Below, piece after piece: positions 1 to 11,524 of a stretch of 64,000 nucleotides of DNA. The notes beneath the pieces are model-generated. The model saw nothing but the letters and a program-made list of their open reading frames with translations. It ran no database searches and was not told the DNA's origin. The stretch comes from Macrostomum lignano (lineage: Eukaryota): the NCBI GenBank assembly GCA_002269645.1, contig NIVC01001867.1, forward strand, positions 124,001 through 188,000. The letters run 5' to 3'. Every line of letters begins with the position of its first letter. The first letter of the stretch is position 1. Made by a program: the position numbers and the translations under genes.

Positions 1-198
1 AGTAGTAAGATTTATCAAATAGAAAAATGCTAAGGGCCTAACCTAAAAAATAACTCAAACTTTCATTAGAATCCCTACTGGGAATATTGCATAGTACTGT
101 AATAAAATGACTAAGTGTAAAAACTTACTCAACTGCCTATAGTCTAGAGACCAGTTGTAAGATACTGTTATAAAAACAATGCTATAGAATAAAGTCTA

Positions 199-380
199 GC
201 AGTAGCAGATTAAGAGGGGGGAGTGCAAAAGGTGATTTTTTATATTGAAAATACATTTTACAGATAACTATATATTAAGGTTACAATACAATATATACTT
301 ACAATACATATACAATATATATTGCACATGTACCTTTAGTAATCTGCGCCCCCATTCAAAATTTTTCTGGATCCACACCT
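199..380. mobile_element. Degenerate MITE-like element (possibly hAT-type)
   Basis: AAAGTCTA at 191-198 and 381-388 (possible 8-bp TSD); decayed termini resembling AGTGGCGGATCCAG...CTGGATCCGCCACT. Confidence 0.35.
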
Positions 381-3300
381 AAAGTCTAAGATTTTTATTT
401 ATTAGATAAAATAACTTTACTTTAAATAAATACCTCGAGATTAGGCCTAATCATCTAATAGCCAGCAAAAAATACCTAGTGACCCAGGACCAGCTATATA
501 TAATATTACTACAAGAAGTATACAAAAATTAAGTTAAAAAACCCGCTTTTCTGGTTGTATACAATATATAATTAGACCTACTATGTGCCTTACATAAGCG
601 GCTAAGCCTAATCTAGCGAAATGGGCCAGGGCGACACTCGCCTCCGCCCTCCCAAATGCGTCTTGGAGCGCCCCGATAAGCCGATGCTTATTTAATTAAT
701 TAATTAAAAAATAATCGTCTTTCAGCCTTTTTAAAATGTTTCAAAACGATATTAGTGTAAAAGTATAACAAAGAGCTAGCAACACTATCCTGGTTTCTTG
801 GATCAACTAGAAACTACACAGCTACATAGCTGATTTAATACATAGTTTACGTATTTTCGGTCAACAATGACTTTTGTTTATTCATGGGTCTAAACTTGGA
901 AAAATGGGTTGATAACCGTTGATTGAACCGTCGTTTCTAAGATTATTGAAAATTGAAATAATCGATTAACCAGAATAATCACGTAAGCCTGTCTTGCTCA
1001 AAAATTTAATTTTCTGCAATAATTATCACCAAGAGAACGAGGTAAAGTACATGGAAAGTGAGTAGTGAGCACGCGATTCTTGAGCCGCATCCTTTGTAGT
1101 CAGCGAACATTTCAATTTTGGCCGAAGAAATGAAGCTTATGAACTGAAGGAACTGAAGGAACCTCACAAAGCACAAAATCGTGTATCTTTTCTACCGTAC
1201 ATGTGTATTCTCTGTCTTTGCAGCGGGATTCCAAAGTTTGTGCCCTGTGCATGTGAGGTTAAATTTCAATAAAGTCGAGAAGCCTACCGTGCCTTATAGG
1301 GTCCATGAAAGCCGGGTGGTTTATTGAAATCCAGTCGTGGTTTTCATGCATTCAGTTCTCATTGAAGACAGCATCATTAATTAGGACAGTTCTGCCAGAG
1401 ATTTGGCGATGCAGAGCAAAGTGAGCAAAAGCCACAACTACATGTATTGTATGGAAGCCAGAAGTTTATTCACACAATAGACAACCTCGCATCTCACCCT
1501 GCCGAATTATCCAGCTAGCTGAACTGATAAGCATAATGAAATTTATGTCCAGAGTGCATAAGCCCCACTGGTCGTTGGCAACTTTGTATAAAACTCTACC
1601 TTAACAAGTGCGCGGTGTCCTACATGACTCTGTAATCTGCTCTACTGTGTATAAATTTTCTGTTTTCCCTGCTTCTCATTCGAGCGCGTGATAGGAGCTT
1701 CAACTGGGGTCCTGGGGTCAAGCTGTAGGCTGTAAATCAGACTGTAGGGCGAGCGCTCTCGTGGGGTAGTTCGTCCCAAACTGCCGGCAATCCCGCGCGG
1801 CTCTTCCCTGTCCTTCTGCAGAGCCCTGCTTGGACTCAACCGGGGAAAAATCCGCAGTGAGGAATGCTTATTCTGCTTCTACAGCCTTGAGAATGCAAAG
1901 CAATTTATTTGTGAATGACCCAGGTTCGTCTATCTTGGCCCAAACCGGGACCTTTCCGACGTTTTCAGGCCAAAGTCCCTGAGACACTCCGAGTTTGCGG
2001 ACACCACCACCACCAGCTCTCTCTGAGCGACACCGCAGCACCAGCTGCCCTTGGTCGCCAGGGGTTAGCGGAATGGGCGTCAACGCCTCCCGCTGTATCC
2101 GGATGCCCCGGAGCCCCCGGCAGCAGTCAAATAAGTCATTGTTTTTGTGCTTGAGCCTTTTTATTTGAGGGACTATTAGATAAATTCTTTTTTACTTGAG
2201 AGTCTCTTAGTGACCCAAAGCTAATAAATCAATAATGTATTGATTGGATTGACGAATTCGCGATCAGCGGAAGACAGCTAATTGATTATTCCTTTTGGCG
2301 CCAAACTTCTTGCAGCGTGCCTCATAGTGGGCTGTTCTGCTGCAGTCTGAAATCCCGTTCAGCCTTACGGGACATTTCCATGGCCCTTAATAAAGTCTGC
2401 CAATCGACTGAGTTGACAAACTGAATTCCTAGTTCAAATAACATGGAAAATACATTGGAGCATTCGAATTTCGAATTATTTCTTAAGAGTGGTTCAAGGC
2501 TGACCTGATCGCATATTAATAAATGGGAAATTCATGGAGCTCATGGTGTCAATTCAGGCATCATCCATGAAAGCCATGCATCGGCAGTCATGCAGTTGGG
2601 TATTAATGCACACTGGGTACCCTACAGTTTATTGTCCATCGTGAACTTTTATCTAGCTTAGCGGCAACAAACTTGTTCAAGAGGGGTCACAAATTCGATG
2701 ACAACCGGGAATTGTGCAAGAAATGTGTCTCTTGCGAGTAATCAAATGAAGTCACATGGAAACTACTGTTGTTTGAAAATTGTCATCATCTGTTTGTTAA
2801 AATGCTTCCCAGAAGCTGTCAGTCAGGCAGCTGGCTGAGCCAGATGGAGATTGCGCTATTCTTTAAGCTCAGCTCAGCTCTCTCTTTTTTGAACATCCTG
2901 GCAACCCCCGGAATGTATCACTTCTCACCACAGCATATTCTGTGCTTCGCACTACCTGGGTAGGCATGCAAGACGCGCCTTCCTTCATTGCGCAGTCATT
3001 GCGCAGCAGACGCTATTGCGCGGTAGATAATGAGTAATCACGACTGTTTTTAGGAGCTATTAAATTGGATATTCGTGCGGTAAGACTGGACTTGCACAAA
3101 TCAACTGCAAGTATAAAGATTGAAATATTCCTTTGTTCGGTTTTATTTCTGCGTAGTCGTTGCTGAGCGGCGCAGGGAGATGAGGCGCAAAAACGATACT
3201 GCAGCATTCTCCAATCTGCGAGGCTGCAGAATCAAATGCGACTAACGAGCTACCAAGCCGCGAGATTCTACCAACCAGTCTGATGGTTGTTTGATGAGCA

Positions 3301-3781
3301 GCGATGAGCAACAAGACAATTTTGGAAGCAGCGTGTTAAAACAACAAAACTAAAAAATACAGCACTAGATAAATACAAAAGCATTGAGCCGCACTTCGGA
3401 TTAGAAAGACGGTATCACCCAGTGGACATGTTCCAGAAGCGAGAGCACTGGAACACAGCAAAAATTGAAAATCTATCATGTAGGGCTATGCCGGGACTAA
3501 GTCATGCAACACAATAAAACTAATTCACAAAAGAGGTACAACAGTCAACAATACTGTTAGTGATTGGTGACCCGCAGTTACTTGCAATGGGTGCAAGACA
3601 TCAATAGTGCTGTACACACTATACTCGTATGGAGCCTTTTCATTTAGAATTTTGGGATGCGCGATTGCAAGCTGATCGACTATTTAGTAATCAACTGCTT
3701 CTTGATCGCTGTGACAGAAATGGGGGAAGTTCACCTGTGCAAAACCATGAAATCGAGTTCGTCTGTCATGCAAGGCCATGG

Positions 3782-6700
3782 CTACACAGAAAATCGGTGA
3801 TCTCGCCTTTCCAGATCAGCCTGGCACAGTACAAGCGCATCGGCCAGGACTGACTTGCGCTTGTTGGCATTGGATAGGTTCGCCGAGTAGCCGCACTCGA
3901 ACATTGAGATCTGGTCGATATCTGGAATGTCGTCCCGACGACGGTAACCACCGTGTCGGAAGTTGACGATTTCGTACTCGTCGGGGGCTGGCGGCTGCGT
4001 CTCCGTTCGGTGCGGCGTAGGCTTAGCTCCAGTCTCGGTGAGCTGAACTGTCGACTCAACTTCGTTCTCGTTGGCGCAGAGAGCTGCGCTGGTGTATTTG
4101 CTCTTCCTGCCGAGGCACCGGCGCAGCGAGTGGATAGGAAGCGACATCAGCAGTACTAGAAGCATCGCCACTACCAGAGCCAGGCTCAGGGTTATTACCG
4201 TTTGGCTGGAGACGCGCAATTCGAATTCTTCTTCTTTGGTCGCATTGGGTTCTAAATTTGAGTTTATTGTATGACAAAGTGACAGTAAATGACAGTCAAG
4301 CAGAAAGTGCTTTGAGGATGTGTGTACTAGTTATAGTTACATCTACATGCATGAGATGTAGGTAAAATGCACAAATATCAATCCCTTGCTCACTAAACTC
4401 CGAGATGCGATAGACAAAGGTCTTGACAAACAAGTTGTCTTGGTGAACCCGGCAGACGATGTTGCCACCGGCATGAGAGGCGTTCGGGCCGGGAAGTCTC
4501 ACCAAGTAGCTGCTGCTGGACAGCTCGTCCGCCTCGTTGATCACTTGCTGCTGCGCGGGTTGCAACGGGAATGTTTTACTTCGGATCAAACGATTCGGTA
4601 ATATCAAGCCAGGGACTATTATGCTAGAAGTAGACTATTAAACCACTAAGCCTGTGATGTTATTGTCTGCTTGTGTGATCTACCTGACGTGTAGGATCTG
4701 CTCCACAATCACTTAACTTCCCACCGCTTAGTACTCAGCAATCAATGCACTACTTACCTCACTTTCTGGCTGCAAAGTCAGCTTCACGGAACTGTTGGCC
4801 ACCAGCAGCTGGCAGTTCGAACTTGTGGCTGGATTCCCGGAACTGAACTCGCAGGTGGCTCTCACCTCCCAAAGCGATTTAGTGAACCGGCAACTCTTTT
4901 GCGATTCGGAGAGCTCTAAAATTGCCAGTGAGCATTTCTTGTTCCCTAGACGGGTTTCAGGAACCGAACATGTTTGATTCCGAGTCTCGCAATTCACAAC
5001 GAGTTCTTACCTGGAACTTTGTGGACAAACACTGCCGTTTTATATCCATCTTGTTCGAGTGTGCAGGTGACATTTGAACCCGGTTTTAATTTACCTTTCG
5101 GCACAAAAAAACTGCTAGTTTGAGTTCCGCTTTTTCGAATCTAAAAGTTTAAAACCGCTTGGTGCTTTGTGAAAGCCGCATAAACACTGTAAACAAAAAT
5201 GCTCTCAGTATCGTTGCAGCGTTTCTAACCGTTTGATTTGACATCAGCAGCTGGGCTTCGGTGCTGTTAGAACGAACTGTGCAGCCATGCCTCGATGGTG
5301 GCAGGCCTCTGCCGGTGAAGCATGTCACCTGAAGGCCGCCTTTCAATCGAGAAAAAGTGCAATTCTTTACCGACTGTTTAAAGTCTGGAATGCGCAGGCT
5401 GAACCGCTTAGCGTAGAATCGGCCCTGTCGTAGGACGCAAGTTACGGTGCCGCCTTGGTCTGCCCAGGTGTTGTTAAACGCCATCTCGGTGATGTATGAG
5501 GCATCCTGGAACTAAGGAAGAGGGGAGGGGTGGCCATGAAATTCGGTGGAAATTTTGAAATGTACATTTCACATTTCAGACGAAGTACATGACGTCTAAG
5601 GCACAAACAGCAGTGAGGTCACCCACAACGCATCGAAAGGAATACTCCCGCCGGGGAATAGAGTCGTTTCTTTAGACGATTCCGCTGGGAAACGCATTCG
5701 CTTCTCCTTAAAAAACGGCTAAACAAAAAAACGTCTTTGGAAGTCGATTCTTTAGATAAGAATCGCCACTCAGAGCAGTATTTCTTGGCATTGTTTGGAA
5801 ACGGCCAGGAAACAGCCGAAGCGATGGAATCGAATAAAGAATCGAAAGAAACGTCGTTCGATTCCTGGTCGATTCCAAAATTTCTTTCGATTCTGTTCTC
5901 GCACAGAAGCGAAGCAAGATTTTACTTCGATTCCTGGGTCGATTCCAACCATTCCTTTGATTCTGTTCTTTACATAGAAACGATGCAAGATTATAATCTT
6001 GCTATCATTTAAATGTTCGCAGTGTAGACTGCACTTTTTGTAAAAAAAATTACGTCGCAAAATGTTTTTGGTTCTGGAACACGCATTGAAAAATGAAAAG
6101 TCAATCTATCTAGTTAACCATCTATCTAATGGATCTATCTGATTTTATTCATGTAATTTCCTACTACTTTTTTTAGCTACGTTCGTACATCGTTTACGAT
6201 CGAGCTTCGTATGTAATGAAAAAAACCGAAATATATTTCTCAAAAGTTATCCTGTAAATTACAGCAAATTAACTGCACTAGCCAAACGAGTCAGCTCTAC
6301 CCGAGCCAGCATTTTGAATATCTGAAAAATAAGGTAGTGTTTGTTTTTCAGCTAGATTTCGTTACAGATAAACCAAAAATATTGTTTTTTAACTGATTGG
6401 TGTACATTTATGTAATTTTATATCCAAAAAATAGTGTTTGTAATATAGTGTGGTTGCTGTGAATTAGTAGACGTTTGTTTATCGTTTGTTAAAACTCGAC
6501 AAATTCAAATATACGAAACTGCAGTAAGACGTATATAGAACCTCGCTCGAATCGAATACATTCGATCTCCAAGGTTCGGTTCGGCAATATTCCCAGAGTC
6601 CCAATATGCGTGTTTCAGAGATTTGATACTTTACAAATCATTTTATATTTGTGACTATCATGATTACTTATGTATGTAATTAGTTAAAAAAATTAAGTTG

Positions 6701-8096
6701 TTCACACTTGACTCCTAACACAAAGGACTGGAAACTAGACTGATACTCTAGATTCTAGGCATACATATACTTTGTGCATTGTATTCTTAAGTTAAATGTT
6801 GTATGTCTAATTCCTTTTGAACTTTATTGTTAGGGAACAAGGGTAGATTGTGCTTTGTATGCTTTGTATATTCTGTATCTGTCAGGTACAGATTATATAT
6901 TGGACAGATTAGCTACTTCATATTAGTTCTAGACTAATTTGAAAGCAAATTAAATCAAATTTTGAGAATGAAGAACCTTAGCCATCAACGGTGCAACTTC
7001 AGTTTCCTCGACTGTGTCCGTCTTCCAGCATCTGTGCTCAGTTTCAGGGAAACCGCCTTCGGACTGACACCGAATGATGACGCCAAAGTCGCCCTTTAGG
7101 ACTCGAGTGCAGTTTTTGGTCGACTCAGATGCAACTGGAAGCAAATGAAATTTTAAATCAAATGTGCTCAATATGAGCTCAGTATACTCAGGTCAGATTT
7201 GCTCAACAGAGACTTACAGATGAACCGTAAGAATCCTGTAGGAAACACTTTCCGATTGAAGGATTCAGTGAAGCTGTTGAAAGCAATGCTCTGCTGCACG
7301 CTACACTCGATGCTCGCGTTCTGATTGTCTTTACTGACGGGTACAGAGAAGGTCGTGACAACAGCGTTCAGCTGGAGGAGAAAGCGAGCAGAAAATGTTA
7401 CTGTGAAAGTTTCCATACCCAATAGATTTGTAAGTCATTCATCAACTCACCCCCAAGTTGGTTACGGACACTACACGTGCCGCCTGACGGAAGCCACTTC
7501 CTGCTCTGACGAGTTCACAGCGGTGCTGCGGTTGAGGATATCCGGAATTTGATGTGCAGGTGAAATTCACCGAAGAGCCCTCGACTGCCAGTCCAGCAGC
7601 AGTGGAGAAGTTGCAGGCTGTGTCTGCGCTAACTGAAATGCACCAAGTAAACTTGACTTTTAATCCTCAGCTTAGCCGCAAATCAAGCAGCAAAATTGAA
7701 TTTCCACTCACCGAGAGGCTTCAGGCTGACTTCAATTCGCAGTCTCTCATCTCCGCGGTCGTAGTCACACCAGAGCTTTGCAGGCTTCGTGGAGTCCTTC
7801 GGCGACTTCAGGGTGCTGATTAAGTTGCGCTCCAGCTCCACGTGCGCCATCGTGTTCAGCGGACGCTGCAGAGTTGATTTTTTGAGTCAAGATAAGCTTG
7901 CAAGTTGGATCCCCAGTACTGAAATGGCTTCAGCATCCTTACCGGCTGATAAGCGATGACGTTCGGGATGCTGGACCGAATCCGTGGCCAGCCCTCAGGC
8001 AGGACTTCGCACCAGACTTTGTACACCACTCCGGGCCTGATTAGCAGAGTGTCATTGGCTCTCAGCTGCTTGCCCGTGAGGCCGGACCACTCGTCT
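3782..8096 (-). CDS. Multi-exon immunoglobulin-superfamily type I membrane protein (C2/CD80-like Ig domains, TM helix, Tyr-containing tail); 5' end not defined
   Basis: Exon translations contain repeated Ig-like motifs: VNFTCTSNSGYPQPQHRC (~7500-7570), IIRCQSEGGFPETEHRCW (~7020-7090), LQVTCFTGRGLPPSRHGC (5149-5484 ORF), VRATCEFSSGNPATSSNC (4728-4997 ORF), GNIVCRVHQ (4296-4607 ORF). TM segment VITLSLALVVAMLLVLLMSLPI in 3782-4219. GT-AG junctions visible (donor gtgagc near 4393, acceptor tttag near 4252, donor gtaagg near 7940, acceptor tttcag near 8097). Confidence 0.65.
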
Positions 8097-8476
8097 GAAA
8101 GTCCGGAAAGCAGCGCTGTTTATGTAAAGCTTGTGGCGGCCAGACTACGCGACTGGCAGCACCAGTGCAGCCGCACTGGAAACCCCCCCCCGCCAACCTC
8201 TGTCTAGCTGAGGTGGGGTGGTGGCGCACCGCGCTAGCCGGCTCGCTAAGCCAGGGGGGTTGGCGTAGCCAATCACGCCACGCCACATGTGCGCACTTCC
8301 CTTGGCCCCTCAATAATCTCGCGCTGTTTTCACTAATATAAATATACGCGCAAAGCAGCGCAAAATCTTCGCAGCCATTCCATCTATTGAAACTAAAAGG
8401 CCTTCCGCCTCAAGCTTATAGATCAAAGCTATGGACAGAGGAACCAAAGGGCAATTTAGAAAGGAGATTAGTTAAT

Positions 8477-8841
8477 CAGGGGCGTCGCCATGGATTTTAT
8501 GGTGGGGGGACAAAGCCAAAAATTCAACATGTACATGTACATGACTAAATTCCTACTTTTCCATTATTTTGAGAATCGTGTTGTCAGCACTCATTTTGGC
8601 GCCGCAGGCACTCATTTTGGCGCCGCAGGCATTCCTTTTAGCGCCGTAGGCACTCATTTTGTCGCCAAAGGCGCTATATTTTCGCGCCCAAGTCGCTATA
8701 TTTTGGCGCCCTGAAGAAAATTTATTGATTACCACGAGTCACAAGGTGGGGTGGGGGGACAAAGCATTGGCATGTCCCCTCATAGCTTTTACTGGGGGAC
8801 ATGTACCCCCTAGCCCTGTCCCCCCGGTGGCGACGCGGCTG
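8477..8841. mobile_element. hAT-type MITE containing a ~21-bp tandem repeat
   Basis: Termini CAGGGGCGTCGCCA / TGGCGACGCGGCTG; 8-bp direct repeat TAGTTAAT at 8469-8476 and 8842-8849; internal CACTCATTTTGGCGCCGCAGG repeats at ~8588-8710. Confidence 0.75.
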
Positions 8842-9543
8842 TAGTTAATTAAGTTTTGCGAATGCACCAGACATAGCTGATGCAGTTGTATCCCCGGATA
8901 ACATCCGGTCTGGAGGAAGTTTGGGCTGACAGCTTGACGTGGATTCGTCATTAATGAGGCGTTTGGAATGCAATTAAGAACGCATCTGCGGGCGGTGCCA
9001 GGCTTGTTAAGTGCAGCAGGGAAAACAGGAAAAGTGCATTTCGGCTCGCTTTTTTCATCCAGACGCCCGCCCGAACGCAGGAAAAGCCGCATGATACAAC
9101 GCTGATATGGCCGCACCTGAATCCTTCGCGTAGACGTACAGCAAAGACGCGGAAAACGGTGGCTGCTGCCTGGAGCTCTGCAGGCGGGTTGGGTTGGTGG
9201 GTGGAATTGATGGGTGCTGCTTTCCTGCCACAGCATGCTAACCTGACGCAAGGGGCCGGGAAAAGCCTTCGCATCAGTAGCGCGCTAGGCACTGATCTAC
9301 GAGGAGGCGAGTGGTAGGTATTCACAGTGCCCTTGGGATCTGCTTTGCTATCGCTTCGGAAGATTATCGTTCAAATGTCAGGAGGCGGTGGTCAGGCCAA
9401 TAAGGAACGCAATTAGTCTAGTAGTGCCAATATTAGTCCTGCTTTCAGCCCTGATTCCAGCTGCAGTACTTATACAGCCTGTACTATTCACTCAAATTAC
9501 CTATACTCATGAACTAAATGTATGGACTGTACGCTGCCTTAAT

Positions 9544-9710
9544 TATTCATTCTACTATTCACTCTAGTATTCACTCTACTATTCACTCTACTATTCACTC
9601 TACTATTCACTCTACTATTCACTCTACTATTCACTCTAGTATTCACTCTACTATTCACACGACTATTCACTCTACTCTTCACTCTACTATTCACTCTACT
9701 ATTCAATCTA
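9544..9710 (+). repeat. 12-bp minisatellite (TATTCACTCTAC)n, ~14 copies
   Basis: Direct reading. Confidence 0.95.
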
Positions 9711-10879
9711 GTAGTCACACAACTTTTCACCCTACTGTTCAAGCGGAGCTACAAACATTGTACTACGAGTATTTCGCCCATCAGACGTCAGACAGACATC
9801 AATAGCAAAAGTACAGGCGCTAAAGTACATATGAAATTTCTATTCCAATCCTTCAACTCACCTCTACGGCAGCCGATGAGTGCCACAAGGCAGCCCAGCA
9901 GCACAAAATCAATGCAAGCATGCCTTGCTGCTTCGAAAAGAGCAACACGAACTCGACAAAATCTTTCTCTCTCCCGTGAAATAATTCTAAGCCCTGCAAG
10001 CTATAGTAGAGAGCTGAGCTTAAAACTCGTCAGAGAAGATCCTCTCGGGCGGAGATGTACGCCGTGGCAGAACAGGGCTGCAGGCTGATTGGCGCACTGC
10101 AGCCGAGATAAAATTAGAGGCCGGGCGCCCCCAGAGACGGAGAGAAAGGAGAGAAAGGGCGCGGCAGACGTGCAAAAGCCAGATTGCAGCCCCGGCTTGG
10201 AAAACGGCTTGGGCTTGGGACCTCGGCCTGGTTGACTCACTCTGCAGAGCCCGCGCAGACAGAGGGCCAGAGAGCGACCCCAAATTTAGACTTTGCCGTC
10301 TCAGCCACTCCGCCCTGGGAGAGCTGCCTGCAATTTGGCATTTTTTCATGTTAATTCTAAAAGAATTTCTTTCAAAAGAAGGCTGTAGCAATGCCAGTGC
10401 AGCGCGTGCAGGGTAGAGCGCAGATGTAGCGAACGACAAAGAGACGGCGAGACCAGAGAGTCAGGAAAGAAGCCGAGGGCACATCTTTTTTCCGCCAAAG
10501 CAGAGAGCCGAAAGCAGCCTTTTTATTTGCAAATGCAGTGCGAATTCAAGTCAGATATACTCATTTTTAAGCCTCGTTTGGCGACACAAGACAGCGCAGC
10601 TCTGTGGACCCCGTCAGAATCACTCGGTGTTGCGTTGCCATCTTCTATGACACAAAATATTGGACTGTCTGCTGATCTAAGCCAGCCAGTCCGTCTTTGG
10701 AAATAACATGTGAATATCAGGTATTCAGCGTAGGTCAGAAGTAAGTAAATACGAGAAAGAATATGCGACCTGCAAAGTTTTCTGCTCGAAAAATCTGCAG
10801 CCTTCAAACCAAAATTATCCGAACCAACGATTCTCCAACCCACAACTGTCTCAACCCACAACAATACAGCTGAGTCCCC

Positions 10880-11176
10880 AGCTGTCAACAAAGCTGAGTA
10901 GCTGTCAACAAAGCTTAGCAGCTGTCAATAAAGCTGAATAGATGTCAATAAAGCTGAGTAGCTGTCAACAAAGCTTAGCAGCTGTCAACAAAGCTGAGTA
11001 GCTGTCAACAAAGCTTAGCAGCTGTCAATAAAGCTGAATAGATGTCAATAAAGCTGAGTAGCTGTCAACAAAGCTTAGCAGCTGTCAACAAAGCTGAGTA
11101 GCTGTCAATAAAGCTGAGTAGCTGTCAATAAAGCTGAGTAGCTGTCAATAAAGCTGAGCAGCTGTCAATAAAGCTT
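10880..11176 (+). repeat. 20-bp minisatellite (GCTGTCAAC/TAAAGCTGAGTA)n, ~15 copies
   Basis: Direct reading; variant units, no unique spacers. Confidence 0.95.
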
Positions 11177-11321
11177 GTATTCCACGATTTCATTTCCACA
11201 AAATTAATCGAAATAAAAAGGCAGTCAAAAGAGGCTCAAAATCGCAGACGCAAAAATCTCTGGACTAAAAAAGCAGCACGTTAACTGCGCCATCGAGTGG
11301 CAGCATTCAACGCACTGTGGA

Positions 11322-11506
11322 TGTCATGACTTATGGGGTGGGGCCGCGTGGTAGGGGTGGAGCTTGTTTAGTAAGCCTAGCTAGCAGTACGTACGGTAAT
11401 GTACATGCGCGGGCCACCGTGCCCCTTGGCCTATAAAATATACAGAGCGTGGAGGGTTTTGCCTCAACTGAGTTTACTCCAGAATAAGCGAATTGACTTC
11501 ATTACA
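11322..11506 (+). repeat. 5' LTR (185 bp)
   Basis: TGTCATGAC...TTCATTACA; identical by eye to the 3' LTR. Confidence 0.97.
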
Positions 11507-11508
11507 AT

Positions 11509-11524
11509 TGGCGACGAGAATGGC
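11509..11524 (+). promoter_or_regulatory. Primer-binding site, tRNA-Ser(GCU)-like
   Basis: TGGCGACGAGAATGGC, 2 nt after the LTR; eukaryotic tRNA-Ser(GCU) 3' end predicts TGGCGACGAGGATGGG. Confidence 0.8.

Noticed and set aside
1-20. Window starts with AGTAGT, like a Polinton end
   Set aside because: The following sequence does not match the TIRs; most likely chance.
1-620. TpA-rich stretch suggesting RIP-like hypermutation
   Set aside because: Rough counts are near the expectation for the AT content, and no clear ancestral copy is available for comparison.
5640-6010. GAATCG/CGATTC-rich quasi-palindromic region
   Set aside because: Could not define termini or a TSD; probably a decayed intronic repeat.
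10880-11176. CRISPR-like array
   Set aside because: Contiguous 20-bp units without unique spacers, no cas genes, eukaryotic context.
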